The position numbers and the translations under genes were made by a program. DNA of 19,353 nucleotides, from contig JBFMGO010000114.1 of the NCBI GenBank assembly GCA_040752695.1, positions 1-19,353 on the forward strand, read 5' to 3'. Below, one piece after another: positions 8,812 through 17,999 of the stretch; within the stretch, counting starts at the first letter, position 1, and each line of letters starts with the position of its first letter. Origin of the DNA: a bacterium. GTDB taxonomy: Bacteria; SZUA-182; DTGQ01. The notes under the pieces were generated by a model, which saw nothing but the letters and a program-made list of their open reading frames with translations, did no database searches and was not told where the DNA came from.

Positions 8812-10418
8812 TTGCCAGTTTCGTGCTGTATATTGCCAGTCTCCCATATTTCCTGTCTCTCATCATACCAGACCTTTTGACCGGCGCGGGTGGTAAAACA
8901 GACCCGTACCCGGCCAGTGTCCCCTTCCTCAGTTTCCATAAGGGGCGTAATCATTATCACTTCCTGAGCAAACTCGCGGCCATGCCACCGGGACCTGCCC
9001 CGGCCATGCCCGTGCTCAAGGCCGGACTCCTGCTTCTGCCCGTATCCGTGCTGGTGGTCGTGCCCCTGTCCCTGCTCCTGCCCCTTTCTCTGCTCCTTTC
9101 CCAGTCCTTGCTCGTATCCTTGTCCCTGCTCCTGCTCCTGTCCCTGCCCCTGACCCTGACCATGCTCCTGCTCCTGTCCCTGACCGTGCTTATACCCGTG
9201 GTCCTGTCCTTGTCCCTCTCCTCCCCGCCTGGATGCCAGAAAGTGCGGCAGATATGGTGCTTCCCCCCGTAAGGGGTGGCAAATCAGGCTTTCGGGCAGC
9301 CCGGTTTTTTCCGTAAACCGCACCCATTCTCCGGTATCCTTATTGATTCTTAAAATTCCCCCCTGGATCGGCAGGATAGAAGATTCCCGGAAATGCCTTC
9401 CCGATAAGGAGCCGTCCGGCTGACGAAATCCGGGCATCGGCTCTGGCGGATGAGGAATAGAGCGAACGCCCACCCAGACAAAATGCCTGGTTACGGCCAG
9501 GGCAGTGAATTGCCACAGGTCCGGGGCATATTTTTGTCGGTACCGGTTTCTTAACCGCTCAAGACCAGGAATGGACAGTGGAATTGTCACTTTTTTCTCT
9601 TGCCTGCTGGCTGCTGATGGTGAAGAATGACTCGCGGAGAGGGAAAACCGGGGATCTCCCACCGGGGTTTTACTTCCTACAGGAAAACCTGTCCCGGGCC
9701 TGGCGAATACGAGCGCTTCCTGGGCAGAAATCCGGTTTCCATCGAGAAAATAAGCGGCTGTCCGCGATTGGGGCTCCCATTTTACTTCCAGGTAAGAATA
9801 AACCCGGGGAGCCTGGTAGTACGTCCATGTGCCGTCCGCCTTGTGATGACTCTTGATCATTCCGGCATTCCAGAACCAGGTATCCTGGGAATCTTCTACG
9901 AGTTGGAAGTCTGAATCACCACCTGAACCGCCTGAATCGTTTGAATCGTCTGAATTGTTTGAATTGATGAGTGAGTCATTTGACCCGCTGTGTGAAGCAC
10001 TTGAGCCGCCGTCTGAGGCACTTGAGGCGTTGCGTGACGCACTTAAGGCGTTGCGTGACGCACTTAAGGCGCTGCGTGACGCACTTGAGGCACTGCGTGA
10101 CGCACTTGAGGTAATGAGTAAGGCATTTGATGCGCTGTGATTTGATGCGCTGCGTGAGTCATTCGAATAACCTGCACCGTCTGAACTGCTTGAATCGTTG
10201 GAGCCTAATGGTGCCGGTCGGCTATACGCGGCAGATGAATTGATTGCTGAATCCAGGGTTGGTAATTGGGCAAAACTGGCGGAGACTGCAAAGATACCAT
10301 AGATGGCGGGGATGCCAAAGAAAGCGGGAAGGATAAGGCAAACAACTGTCAGATTCGTTATGCTAATGGAGAAAAACGGAATACCTGATGACCTGACCTG
10401 CCTTGTTATGGTTCTCAT
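8808..10418 (-). CDS. Hypothetical exported or membrane-anchored protein with Ser/Ala-rich and Gly/Gln/Glu/His-rich repeat tracts
   Basis: 536-aa ORF with a hydrophobic N-terminus. ALAVTRHFVWVG...GGILRINKDTGEWVRFTEKTGLP resembles beta-propeller blade motifs. Its stop codon overlaps the next gene's ATG. Confidence 0.7.
   Translation of the reverse strand: MRTITRQVRSSGIPFFSISITNLTVVCLILPAFFGIPAIYGIFAVSASFAQLPTLDSAINSSAAYSRPAPLGSNDSSSSDGAGYSNDSRSASNHSASNALLITSSASRSASSASRSALSASRNALSASRNASSASDGGSSASHSGSNDSLINSNNSDDSNDSGGSGGDSDFQLVEDSQDTWFWNAGMIKSHHKADGTWTYYQAPRVYSYLEVKWEPQSRTAAYFLDGNRISAQEALVFARPGTGFPVGSKTPVGDPRFSLSASHSSPSAASRQEKKVTIPLSIPGLERLRNRYRQKYAPDLWQFTALAVTRHFVWVGVRSIPHPPEPMPGFRQPDGSLSGRHFRESSILPIQGGILRINKDTGEWVRFTEKTGLPESLICHPLRGEAPYLPHFLASRRGGEGQGQDHGYKHGQGQEQEHGQGQGQGQEQEQGQGYEQGLGKEQRKGQEQGQGHDHQHGYGQKQESGLEHGHGRGRSRWHGREFAQEVIMITPLMETEEGDTGRVRVCFTTRAGQKVWYDERQEIWETGNIQHETGK
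9000..9225. repeat. 6-bp-period low-complexity tract encoding (GQ/EQ/EH/GH)n
   Basis: CCTGTC/CCTGCT/CCTGCC-type hexamers encode GEGQGQDHGYKHGQGQEQEHGQGQGQGQEQEQGQG... Confidence 0.85.
10018..10111. repeat. 21-bp tandem repeat, about 4.5 copies, in frame (SASRNAL-like heptapeptide)
   Basis: GCACTTRAGGCRYTGCGTGAC units start at 10018, 10039, 10060 and 10081, with a partial unit at 10102. Confidence 0.9.
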
Positions 10419-10701
10419 GTGGTTTATTTTCCGTCTTTCCTTATTTATCTATTGAGCGATGCTGTCGAGAGTTGTGTGGGGCAGTCCCATGATAAACAGC
10501 CTAAACCAGCCTCACCATAAATATTGAAAAATTGATCGATACCCATTGATAATAGATTATATCAATTTTTATATCAGTTGGGAAATAGTGCAGGCTGATT
10601 CTATATCATTTCTTCATCATTTCTTATCTTATCTATTGCCATCCCTCCTCTTCGTTCCTCTTTGTGGAAAAAATCAGCGGAAGACTTACCCATGCTGCAC
10701 A

Positions 10702-10794
10702 AGCGGGGCAGAGTGTGTCCACCACAAAAGCTCCATAATCTCCTGCCAGTTTCTATGGAATTGCTTTGTCTTGGTGGACACACATCCTCCCGCT
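10702..10794. repeat. Long imperfect intergenic palindrome (REP-like)
   Basis: Nested pairs: AGCGGG/CCCGCT, GTGTGTCCACCA (10713-10724)/TGGTGGACACAC (10772-10783), and TCCATA/TATGGA. Confidence 0.7.
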
Positions 10795-10833
10795 ATCGCG
10801 GTGAAGATGCCCCCATTGTTTCAGTTAATAGTA

Positions 10834-11964
10834 TTATTTATTCCCATTTCCCTCACCGAGAATGCCGCCCCATTCAAGAGCGACAAAGCCTTTTCTTTCC
10901 GGCGCTTCGATTACCGGAGCTTCCAGTGCCTTGTGCTCATCCAGTGGAGTGAAGTGAAAAATGACCCGTATCAAGGTGTCAGGAGATGGAGTAATAGTCA
11001 GCTTAGCGTATTTCGCTAAAAATGAGCTGCTCAACAATTTAATCTCATAATAGCCTCGCCCCTTAAGCCGATCCAGCCAGTATTCCATGAATTGCTCACT
11101 CTCCTTTTTATTGAGCCCAAGCTCAGGCAGATGTTCCTCAAACCATTCCTTGAGGTCGGTTTGAGCAACTATCCAGCCTCTATCGGGTAACTCTAATTTA
11201 TTGGGCCTGGCTTCCCAGAAAAGATAATCGTATTGCTTTCCTTCATCAGTAGTTATAGTGCCGTCTGCCGTTGCAAAGACATCCCATCCGTCACCATATG
11301 GAGGGATCGTTTTGGTAAACTTACCGTCGATATCAAGTCTGACACTTACCCGAGTATCCTTCTGCGGATAGAGATAAATTGCCGGTTTGCCGTAAAGACC
11401 AGGCGCTGGTGAGTTCTGGCCAGTAGTTAGGCAGTAATCATAAGGCGTGTAAGTTACGCCGTTACTGCCGATATCAGCCGGAAGTAAAAAGGAAGGCGCT
11501 CCCCAATATGAATAAAGACCCGGCAGCCAGCTTGCCAGGCTGTATGAAGGGATGCTGACCGGGCTGTTGATATAACTGCTGAAAGGATACTGTTGTGCTG
11601 TAAAATACTGCTGCTGCTGTAGTATGGAAGGATAGTAATTATAGTTGTAAGAGTAAGGGTTATAAGAGTAAGAGTTATATGACAATGACTGCCAGGGAGA
11701 TGATGACTGCCAGAGAGACAATGGCTGCCAGAGAAGATTTTCCCAGGTATTGTAATTACCAGAATAAGAATACGGCCAGAAGCCGCCATAGTTGGAGGGC
11801 TGACTCCATCCGCCATAAGGATATCCGGAATAATAAGCTTGCGTCTCGATCGCTGTCAGAGCAAGGAAAAGGGCCATGAAAACGGCCATGATAAGAACCA
11901 GGGAAAGAACAGGGGAAAGAAACACATTAATTGCCGGGACCTTATAAAGACATGTTTTTTGCAT
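10834..11964 (-). CDS. Exported hypothetical protein: Tyr/Ser/Trp/Pro/Gln-rich N-terminal region plus a conserved uncharacterised KPxIYLYP...EWGG domain
   Basis: AGGAGG RBS and a long hydrophobic signal ending ETQA. C-terminal motifs KPAIYLYP, YDYLFWE, LGLNKKESEQFMEYW, PSPDTLIRV and RKGFVALEWGG. Confidence 0.85.
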   Translation of the reverse strand: MQKTCLYKVPAINVFLSPVLSLVLIMAVFMALFLALTAIETQAYYSGYPYGGWSQPSNYGGFWPYSYSGNYNTWENLLWQPLSLWQSSSPWQSLSYNSYSYNPYSYNYNYYPSILQQQQYFTAQQYPFSSYINSPVSIPSYSLASWLPGLYSYWGAPSFLLPADIGSNGVTYTPYDYCLTTGQNSPAPGLYGKPAIYLYPQKDTRVSVRLDIDGKFTKTIPPYGDGWDVFATADGTITTDEGKQYDYLFWEARPNKLELPDRGWIVAQTDLKEWFEEHLPELGLNKKESEQFMEYWLDRLKGRGYYEIKLLSSSFLAKYAKLTITPSPDTLIRVIFHFTPLDEHKALEAPVIEAPERKGFVALEWGGILGEGNGNK

Positions 11965-12180
11965 AAGATTTTCCTCCTGTAATCGTAAACCTGATCATAA
12001 CCATAATTAGAAATCTAATACCATTTCTCACATGAAACCTGGCATAAATCATTTCCTTGAAGCGTTGGCCACAAGGATACTTATGCACCAATTGAATTTG
12101 GAAATGGTATAAGCCTGATTCTATGCTTTTGTACTTTTTAGTAAGTGCTTGAAATACCAATAACTTCGTAATGACTACCC

Positions 12181-12208
12181 GTCATTCCCGCCTTTTCGCG
12201 GGAATGAC
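12181..12208. repeat. CGTC-type REP-like element, copy 3 (collapsed form)
   Basis: GTCATTCCCGC-cttttc-GCGGGAATGAC has the same 11-bp termini as the 925-995 copy. Confidence 0.8.
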
Positions 12209-12973
12209 AAAAAGTACAAAAGTATAGCCTGATTGTAAGCCTATAAATCTAACCCAGATCGTAAGCCTTGAATTACTCGCTGCTGGGAAAGGAGCTCCCC
12301 TGCAGCCCGAGCAGGAAGGGGAACACCGCACAGGTGTATAGCCTTCCGGACAAACAGGCGTCTTGGGAGATCCAGAAAGCAGTGATAATACCGAAGAGGA
12401 AATGCTTCCATGAAGAGATTTGCTATGTTGTGGCAAGATAAGGAGTGCAGAAGAGCCCTCCAAAGCCTGATACTATCGGGCTGAGGGGAGGGGCTGTAAA
12501 TAGAATTGCAGGGGAAAAGGTTACCATCCGGCAAAAGGATAAAAAATACTTGCCTTAAGGATAATATAATTATGCTTTTCAACCATAAAAACGTAACGCA
12601 AGTATCAAACCTGCCAACAGTATTACATTGCTTATTTTTTTTGTTGGTCCTGTTGGTCCTGCTGACTTTGCTGAAATTACTGAGCACTTCTTCTTCCCTT
12701 TTTAGAAGCTTATACGTACCTGCATCGATAGAGGCTTACCTTCCGATCATAAAACAAGCTCTTGCTTCAAAAATCTTCAACTTCTTTTTACTTGAAATAC
12801 ACCTGCCTTTCATTACCTCATCATTTCAATTGAGGGCAGATACATGCTCAGTATCTATCTCTTTATCCATACTATTCTTTTGGATAGATATACGTGACTC
12901 TCTACAGATAGAAAGACGGTGATTAACTACATCTATTATGGAATAAAAAATACAGCAGGAGCCATACCTTTTT

Positions 12974-13050
12974 GTTGAACTCCATATCTATCGAGCTCGA
13001 TTCTATTGAGCTCGATTCTATTCTGTTGAACTCCATTCTATCCAGCTTCA
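12974..13050. repeat. 15-bp-period degenerate tandem repeat
   Basis: GAGCTCGATTCTATT occurs twice, flanked by two GTTGAACTCCAT copies. A 12-bp duplication GGATGGAAAAAG follows nearby. Confidence 0.65.
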
Positions 13051-13133
13051 TCTTGTCCATATGGATGGAAAAAGGGATGGAAAAAGGGGATAGATTTATA
13101 TTTATCGTGGACAAGAGCCAGGCGAAGAACAAA

Positions 13134-13206
<73 letters not shown>

Positions 13207-13208
<2 letters not shown>

Positions 13209-14562
13209 AAACAGATTCACAGTCTTGCCTGCCATAGATCCAACTATAGCCCCTGTCTATTTTGGGTTTCGGTAAGGGATATTGCTTATGGAACGCTATA
13301 AATTCATCCCAGTTAAAGCTTTTCTTCTGGCTGCGGCGGTTAAGCCACTTAAACCACATCTTCTTGACCACATCAGCAAATTTATTGAGCGTTGCTGCGT
13401 TCCCGGCGAACCCAAAATAGTTGTAGTACCCCTTCAGTATTCGGCACAGATACTTATACAATTCCTGCACAGGCATTGCGTTTCTGAGTCTCCTGAGCTT
13501 ATCGTTAAGCGCAATCAATGTTCTTCTCATGCGCTTACCTATCGTCTTGCGTCCCAGCTTTGGCATTCCTTTTCTATCGCTCGTCATGTAATGCGTAAAT
13601 CCAAGGAAGTCAAAGGTACTCAGTTTGCATCCATTTTGCCTGCTTCTCATATAAGCTATCTGGCCAAATTCAATAAGCCGGCTCTTCTCCTTCGCTATCT
13701 CCAGCCCGAATTTCTCCAGCCTGGCAGGTAGCATCTCCCACACCTTTTGTGCATCTTGCCGGTTTGTGCATCCTATGACATAGTCATCAGCAAACCGTAT
13801 GAGATAAACCCTGCTCTTCACTTGGTGCGCTACAACACATTTGATCCACAAATCCAGTACATAATGCAGATAAATGTTTGATAAGATTGGAGAAATCACC
13901 GACCCTTGAGGTACTCCCAGTTCTGTGGATATTCTCTTTCCTTCTTCCAATACACCTACCTTAAGCCACTTACCTATCAGCCGCAATATGGTCCGATCCG
14001 CTATTCTCTCGTGCAGCATTTTCATGAGCCATTCTCTATCAATATGATCGAAGTAGCCTCGTATATCCACATCCAGCAGGCAGTTTACTCCACCTTGCAT
14101 AATGCTCAGCTCTATCGCTCGGAGCGCCTCATGGGCATTTCTTCCCTCTCTGAACCCGTACGATGAATCAAGAAAGTCCTGCTCGTATATGGCACTCAAT
14201 ATCCTGGCTACTCCTCTTTGCACTATCTTATCTTCCAGCACTAGTATGCCTAATGGCCGCCGTCCTCCATCGGGCTTCGGTATCCATGCCCGCCTTATAT
14301 CCACGGCTCGGTACTCTCCGCTTTTCAGCCGCTCTACCAGCCTTTCTATGTTCGCCTCCAGTTCCTTCCCGTATTCCTTGTAACTTACTCCGTCTATGCC
14401 TGCTACCGCCTTCGGATTGAGCTCCGTGTAGCTTTCCTTCAGACATTCCTTATCCAACAGGTGTGCTAATGAAGTAAACTTCAGGGTTGGTTTCTGACTT
14501 GCTATCTCTGATAGTCGATTCAGCTTTGTTGACAATTTACTTCCCAGTTCTGCGTCTGGCAA
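13207..14562 (-). CDS. ltrA: Group II intron reverse transcriptase/maturase, no HNH endonuclease domain
   Basis: AGIDGV, RRAWIPKPDGGRRPLGI, SYGFR, DVDIRGYFD, GVPQGSVISPILSNIYLH, RFADD, FDFLGF, and maturase GYYNYF...WLNRRSQK. TTG start at 14562 follows GAGGAGG; the ORF-track start at 14628 lies in the ribozyme DII/DIII region. Confidence 0.95.
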
Positions 14563-15264
14563 TTGTTTCACCTCCTCGTTGCATCTGTTTGTCAACCCCT
14601 TCCCTACTCCGGCATTACCCGGCATCACCAGTACTATGGGTTGATCCGACTACCTACGTCTCTTCTCCCAAGCCTCGTTTCGCTCGGCTTTGGATACCTT
14701 TGTCCCTGGTCTATCTTCAGGTTTGCATCGGTCTTCCCTCAACTCTCCCTGGTTGTATAGAAGCGGCTTCTTCTTCGCCCTGCTGCTCGCGACGCTCCTT
14801 GCGCCAGCAGGTTGGGTTTTGGTCAGCGGGACACCCGTAAACCCGCCTATACTATACAGCCCGAAGATATTCCCAGAGCCTAAAGGAAAACATAGGTCCT
14901 CCCAGGTTCCTGCATAACCCTTTCGACAGCATGCCGTGGCCTGTGACCCCGGTGGAGTTGCCGCCATCTCGCCTTTTTAACCGATGACTTGTTGCTGCCT
15001 TCAGTGTTTATTATCACCTCGGCTTACTCCACTACCGGACATTTTCGGAGCTGATTCACCTTCACCTTATTGAGGATTACGGCCTACTGTCTCCCTGTTT
15101 ACGCTTCACCCATGCGGTTACCCGCATAAATGCAAAACTCGGTTCTGGCTGTTGGCTAGACTTTGCCAGGTTGGCTTCTCAACCAACTGGATTATCCAGG
15201 CTTGGCCTGGCGCACAATAAATCTGTCCCCTTTCTTGCGTGCAATCGTGTCATCTCTCATCTAA

Positions 15265-17889
15265 TCAGGAAGGAGTTCCCAGGTATTTTTGGAAAATACA
15301 AAGAGCGTCTTTCGGAGTTACCATACCGTTCCTGTCTGCATCAGAGCATGCCGGACAGGTGCCGGGTTCAAGGTAGCACCTGAAAGCGAGCAGAGCGTCC
15401 GCAGGAGTAACCTGACCATCCCCATTAAGGTCACCACTTCCATCACACTTCATACAGAAGAATCCTCCCTCTTTGGAAAAATGAGCCATATCGTCCTGTA
15501 AATTCTCGATCTGCAAATAACAGCAGCGACCTTCCTCCTCACTTTTAAGTTTGAATATCAGCCAAACCAAATCGCCGCTTGCACCCTGTACAATACCCTG
15601 TTCATCGGTATATCCCCCTATTCTGAGTCTGCCAGAAGTAACCTGATGAGCACGAACTCCTTCTAATGCACCATTCAGGTCTGTTTGAAAAGGCATTGTC
15701 AAGTCTCCCCGCTCCAGGCCTGTATATTCAAAAGCGTTTACATCATAGGTAACGTCAAAACCAAAGGACTGAACCTCACACAGTGCATTCTGAATTCTTA
15801 CCGGAATTCGAATCTCTTTACCGACTCTCCCTGGAGTCCCTGTCCCTGGAATATAAATATTTATTTCGGGCAAAGGTGAACAGGAAGGGATGACGAGTCT
15901 TCCCTGTCCATTACAGACTGTAGTTGCCCAAAATATAGGCTTGCCTGCATATCTATTTACAATGATGGTCCCACCGCTATCACCTGAAGTATATGAATAA
16001 ATATAATTTCCACTTAAAAGTTGTACTTTTTCTTCATCGACAGTATTGACGGTAGTGAATCCGCTATCCGGTTCATTACCCTCATCACCCTCGTTAACCT
16101 CTGTATTCTCGTTGTCCTCTGTATTCTCTGGATCATCTTTACCTCTGTGTTCTTCCATTATTTGATTCTCCATAACGGGGATGACTTCTTTCATGCTGAG
16201 CTCTTTTTCCGCTGGATAGGTAGCCCTGTCGATTCCCTTTACATCGAATGTCTGATAATCTATTCTCACTATCATTACTTTTACCTCTTCTCCTGCTTCA
16301 GGAATAGAAGATAATACGGCTACCCATTCGGCAGTAGCAGGGTCGAATATTCCAACCGTATACGAATGCCCGAGGATTGTAACTGAATAAGCCTTTTGTG
16401 AAGTGACAAATTTCGCTTCCTCAAGTCCCCTCACCTTTTCCCAGATAAGCGAAACATTCTGCTTAAGTTCATTTCCGATGTCAAATCCCTCCTGTGGCAT
16501 AAGATCCTGTGGCATAAGATAAGGCAAAACATTCCCGTCCGGCCCTGGCTGTGTCATTAAACATTCGGAATCCGATGTTATGGGGGAAAACGACGAATGC
16601 AGGTATTTCATAAAAACATCGAGAACGTCAAATCCATTAACTCCACCTGACCTGTTCGTATCGGAGCAATCGGGGCAGGGGCCGGATTTTCGAAGACATC
16701 TGTAAACAAGCAGAGCATCCGCAGGAGTAATGATACCATCCCCATTGATATCGCTGGTGCAACTTATGCGGAAAAATCCTCCTATTTTGGGAAAATGGAT
16801 TATATCGCCCCCTAAGTTCTCTAATTGAAAAAGATAACCCTTACCTTCCTGCTCACTTTTAAGTTTGAATTTCAACATAACCAAAAAACCACTCGCACAC
16901 TGAGAGATAGGGCATCCGCCGGATACATCGCAGTGCCCTTTGATTTTAATCCTGCCCGAATCAATTGGATATGCCTCTACAGTCTCGAAAGATTCTGTTA
17001 AGTTTCCTCGCTTAAGACCTGTATATTCAAAGGCGTCTGAATCATAGGCAATTTCGAAATCAAAGGTGGAAACCTCATACGGTGCGTTTTGAATTCTCAC
17101 CGGAATTTGAACCTCTTGACCGATTATCCCTGGCGACCCTATCCCTGGAATGTATATATTTCTTTCACGAAAAGGTGTGATTTGAGGGATACTCGGCTCC
17201 CCTCGCGACCATACTGCTTCGTTAAAGGAAGTGGCAACGATATAGAATATGGCTTTTCCTGCATATTTGTTTACTGCTATGGTCCCGCCAATCTCATCTG
17301 TAGGATATGTATAGATATAATTCCCACCCAAAAGCTGTACTTTTGTTTTGTCGAGATTGTCATCAGCATAGGCGAAAAAATCATCATAATATTCTCCGTA
17401 TATCTCCTTGCGAGTTTCTCGCATAATAGAAATAGCTTCTTCTAAACTGAACTCTTTTTCCACCGGATAGGTCAAATTGGCGATTCCCATTAAATTAAGT
17501 GTCAGGGAATCCAGTCTCACAATGCATACTTTTACCTCTTTTCCTATCTCAGGAATAGATGATATGATAACTTCCAATTCCGGATAACCACCGCTACCAG
17601 CATCAGCACCAGATAAGGTATCGTTATACGAGAGGATAATAACCGAATAAGCTTTCTCTGAAGTGACAGACTTTACCTCTTCAAGATCCTTAATGTAATC
17701 CCAATAGATCGAGGCATCATATTGTTGGGATATACTCTGACAGGATTCCATGCCATAGAAATAAATACACCCTTCAGGGTTTGACTGTGCCATTGAGCAT
17801 TTAAAATTCAATCCCGTAACTATAAGTATAACTATTGCTTCCGTAATGAAAATGCGCATAAAAACTCTCAATAATCTTTTACTGTACAT
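15265..17889 (-). CDS. Exported protein with two tandem [unknown domain - cohesin - dockerin] units (874 aa)
   Basis: AGGAGG RBS and signal peptide. Cohesin-like G.EV.IPVRIQNA..EV..F.F...YD..AFEYTGL.RG.LT...SG.LV.L.FKLK occurs twice. Dockerin loops DINGDGIITPADAL/DTNRSGGVNGFDV and DLNGDGQVTPADAL/DADRNGMVTPKDAL. Confidence 0.9.
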   Translation of the reverse strand: MYSKRLLRVFMRIFITEAIVILIVTGLNFKCSMAQSNPEGCIYFYGMESCQSISQQYDASIYWDYIKDLEEVKSVTSEKAYSVIILSYNDTLSGADAGSGGYPELEVIISSIPEIGKEVKVCIVRLDSLTLNLMGIANLTYPVEKEFSLEEAISIMRETRKEIYGEYYDDFFAYADDNLDKTKVQLLGGNYIYTYPTDEIGGTIAVNKYAGKAIFYIVATSFNEAVWSRGEPSIPQITPFRERNIYIPGIGSPGIIGQEVQIPVRIQNAPYEVSTFDFEIAYDSDAFEYTGLKRGNLTESFETVEAYPIDSGRIKIKGHCDVSGGCPISQCASGFLVMLKFKLKSEQEGKGYLFQLENLGGDIIHFPKIGGFFRISCTSDINGDGIITPADALLVYRCLRKSGPCPDCSDTNRSGGVNGFDVLDVFMKYLHSSFSPITSDSECLMTQPGPDGNVLPYLMPQDLMPQEGFDIGNELKQNVSLIWEKVRGLEEAKFVTSQKAYSVTILGHSYTVGIFDPATAEWVAVLSSIPEAGEEVKVMIVRIDYQTFDVKGIDRATYPAEKELSMKEVIPVMENQIMEEHRGKDDPENTEDNENTEVNEGDEGNEPDSGFTTVNTVDEEKVQLLSGNYIYSYTSGDSGGTIIVNRYAGKPIFWATTVCNGQGRLVIPSCSPLPEINIYIPGTGTPGRVGKEIRIPVRIQNALCEVQSFGFDVTYDVNAFEYTGLERGDLTMPFQTDLNGALEGVRAHQVTSGRLRIGGYTDEQGIVQGASGDLVWLIFKLKSEEEGRCCYLQIENLQDDMAHFSKEGGFFCMKCDGSGDLNGDGQVTPADALLAFRCYLEPGTCPACSDADRNGMVTPKDALCIFQKYLGTPS

Positions 17890-17934
17890 GGCAGCCTCCT
17901 GATTACGTAATTAGATGCTCTGCATCATGAAGGG

Positions 17935-17966
17935 GCGGCTTTACCGTCTTACGAAGGTAAAGCCGC
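17935..17966 (-). terminator. Perfect 11-bp hairpin between the S8 pseudogene and the cohesin-dockerin gene
   Basis: GCGGCTTTACC-gtcttacgaa-GGTAAAGCCGC, 33 nt after the stop codon, with a weak or absent U-tract. Confidence 0.5.
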
Positions 17967-17999
17967 TATCCCTTAATCAAGTTATTGATAATTATAAGC

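Noticed and set aside
8796..9272. Plus-strand 158-aa Leu-rich membrane-like ORF
   Set aside because: It is the antisense shadow of the GQEQ repeat in the minus-strand gene.
9853..10140. Plus-strand ORF with a perfect heptad (ALEALRDALKALRD) coiled-coil look
   Set aside because: It is an automatic result of the 21-bp repeat read antisense inside a 536-aa gene, and has no clear RBS.
12182..12922. Short ORFs or a riboswitch between the intron and the KPxIYLYP gene
   Set aside because: The overlapping ORFs have no recognisable motif or RBS, and no riboswitch consensus was recognised. An Rfam scan would settle it.
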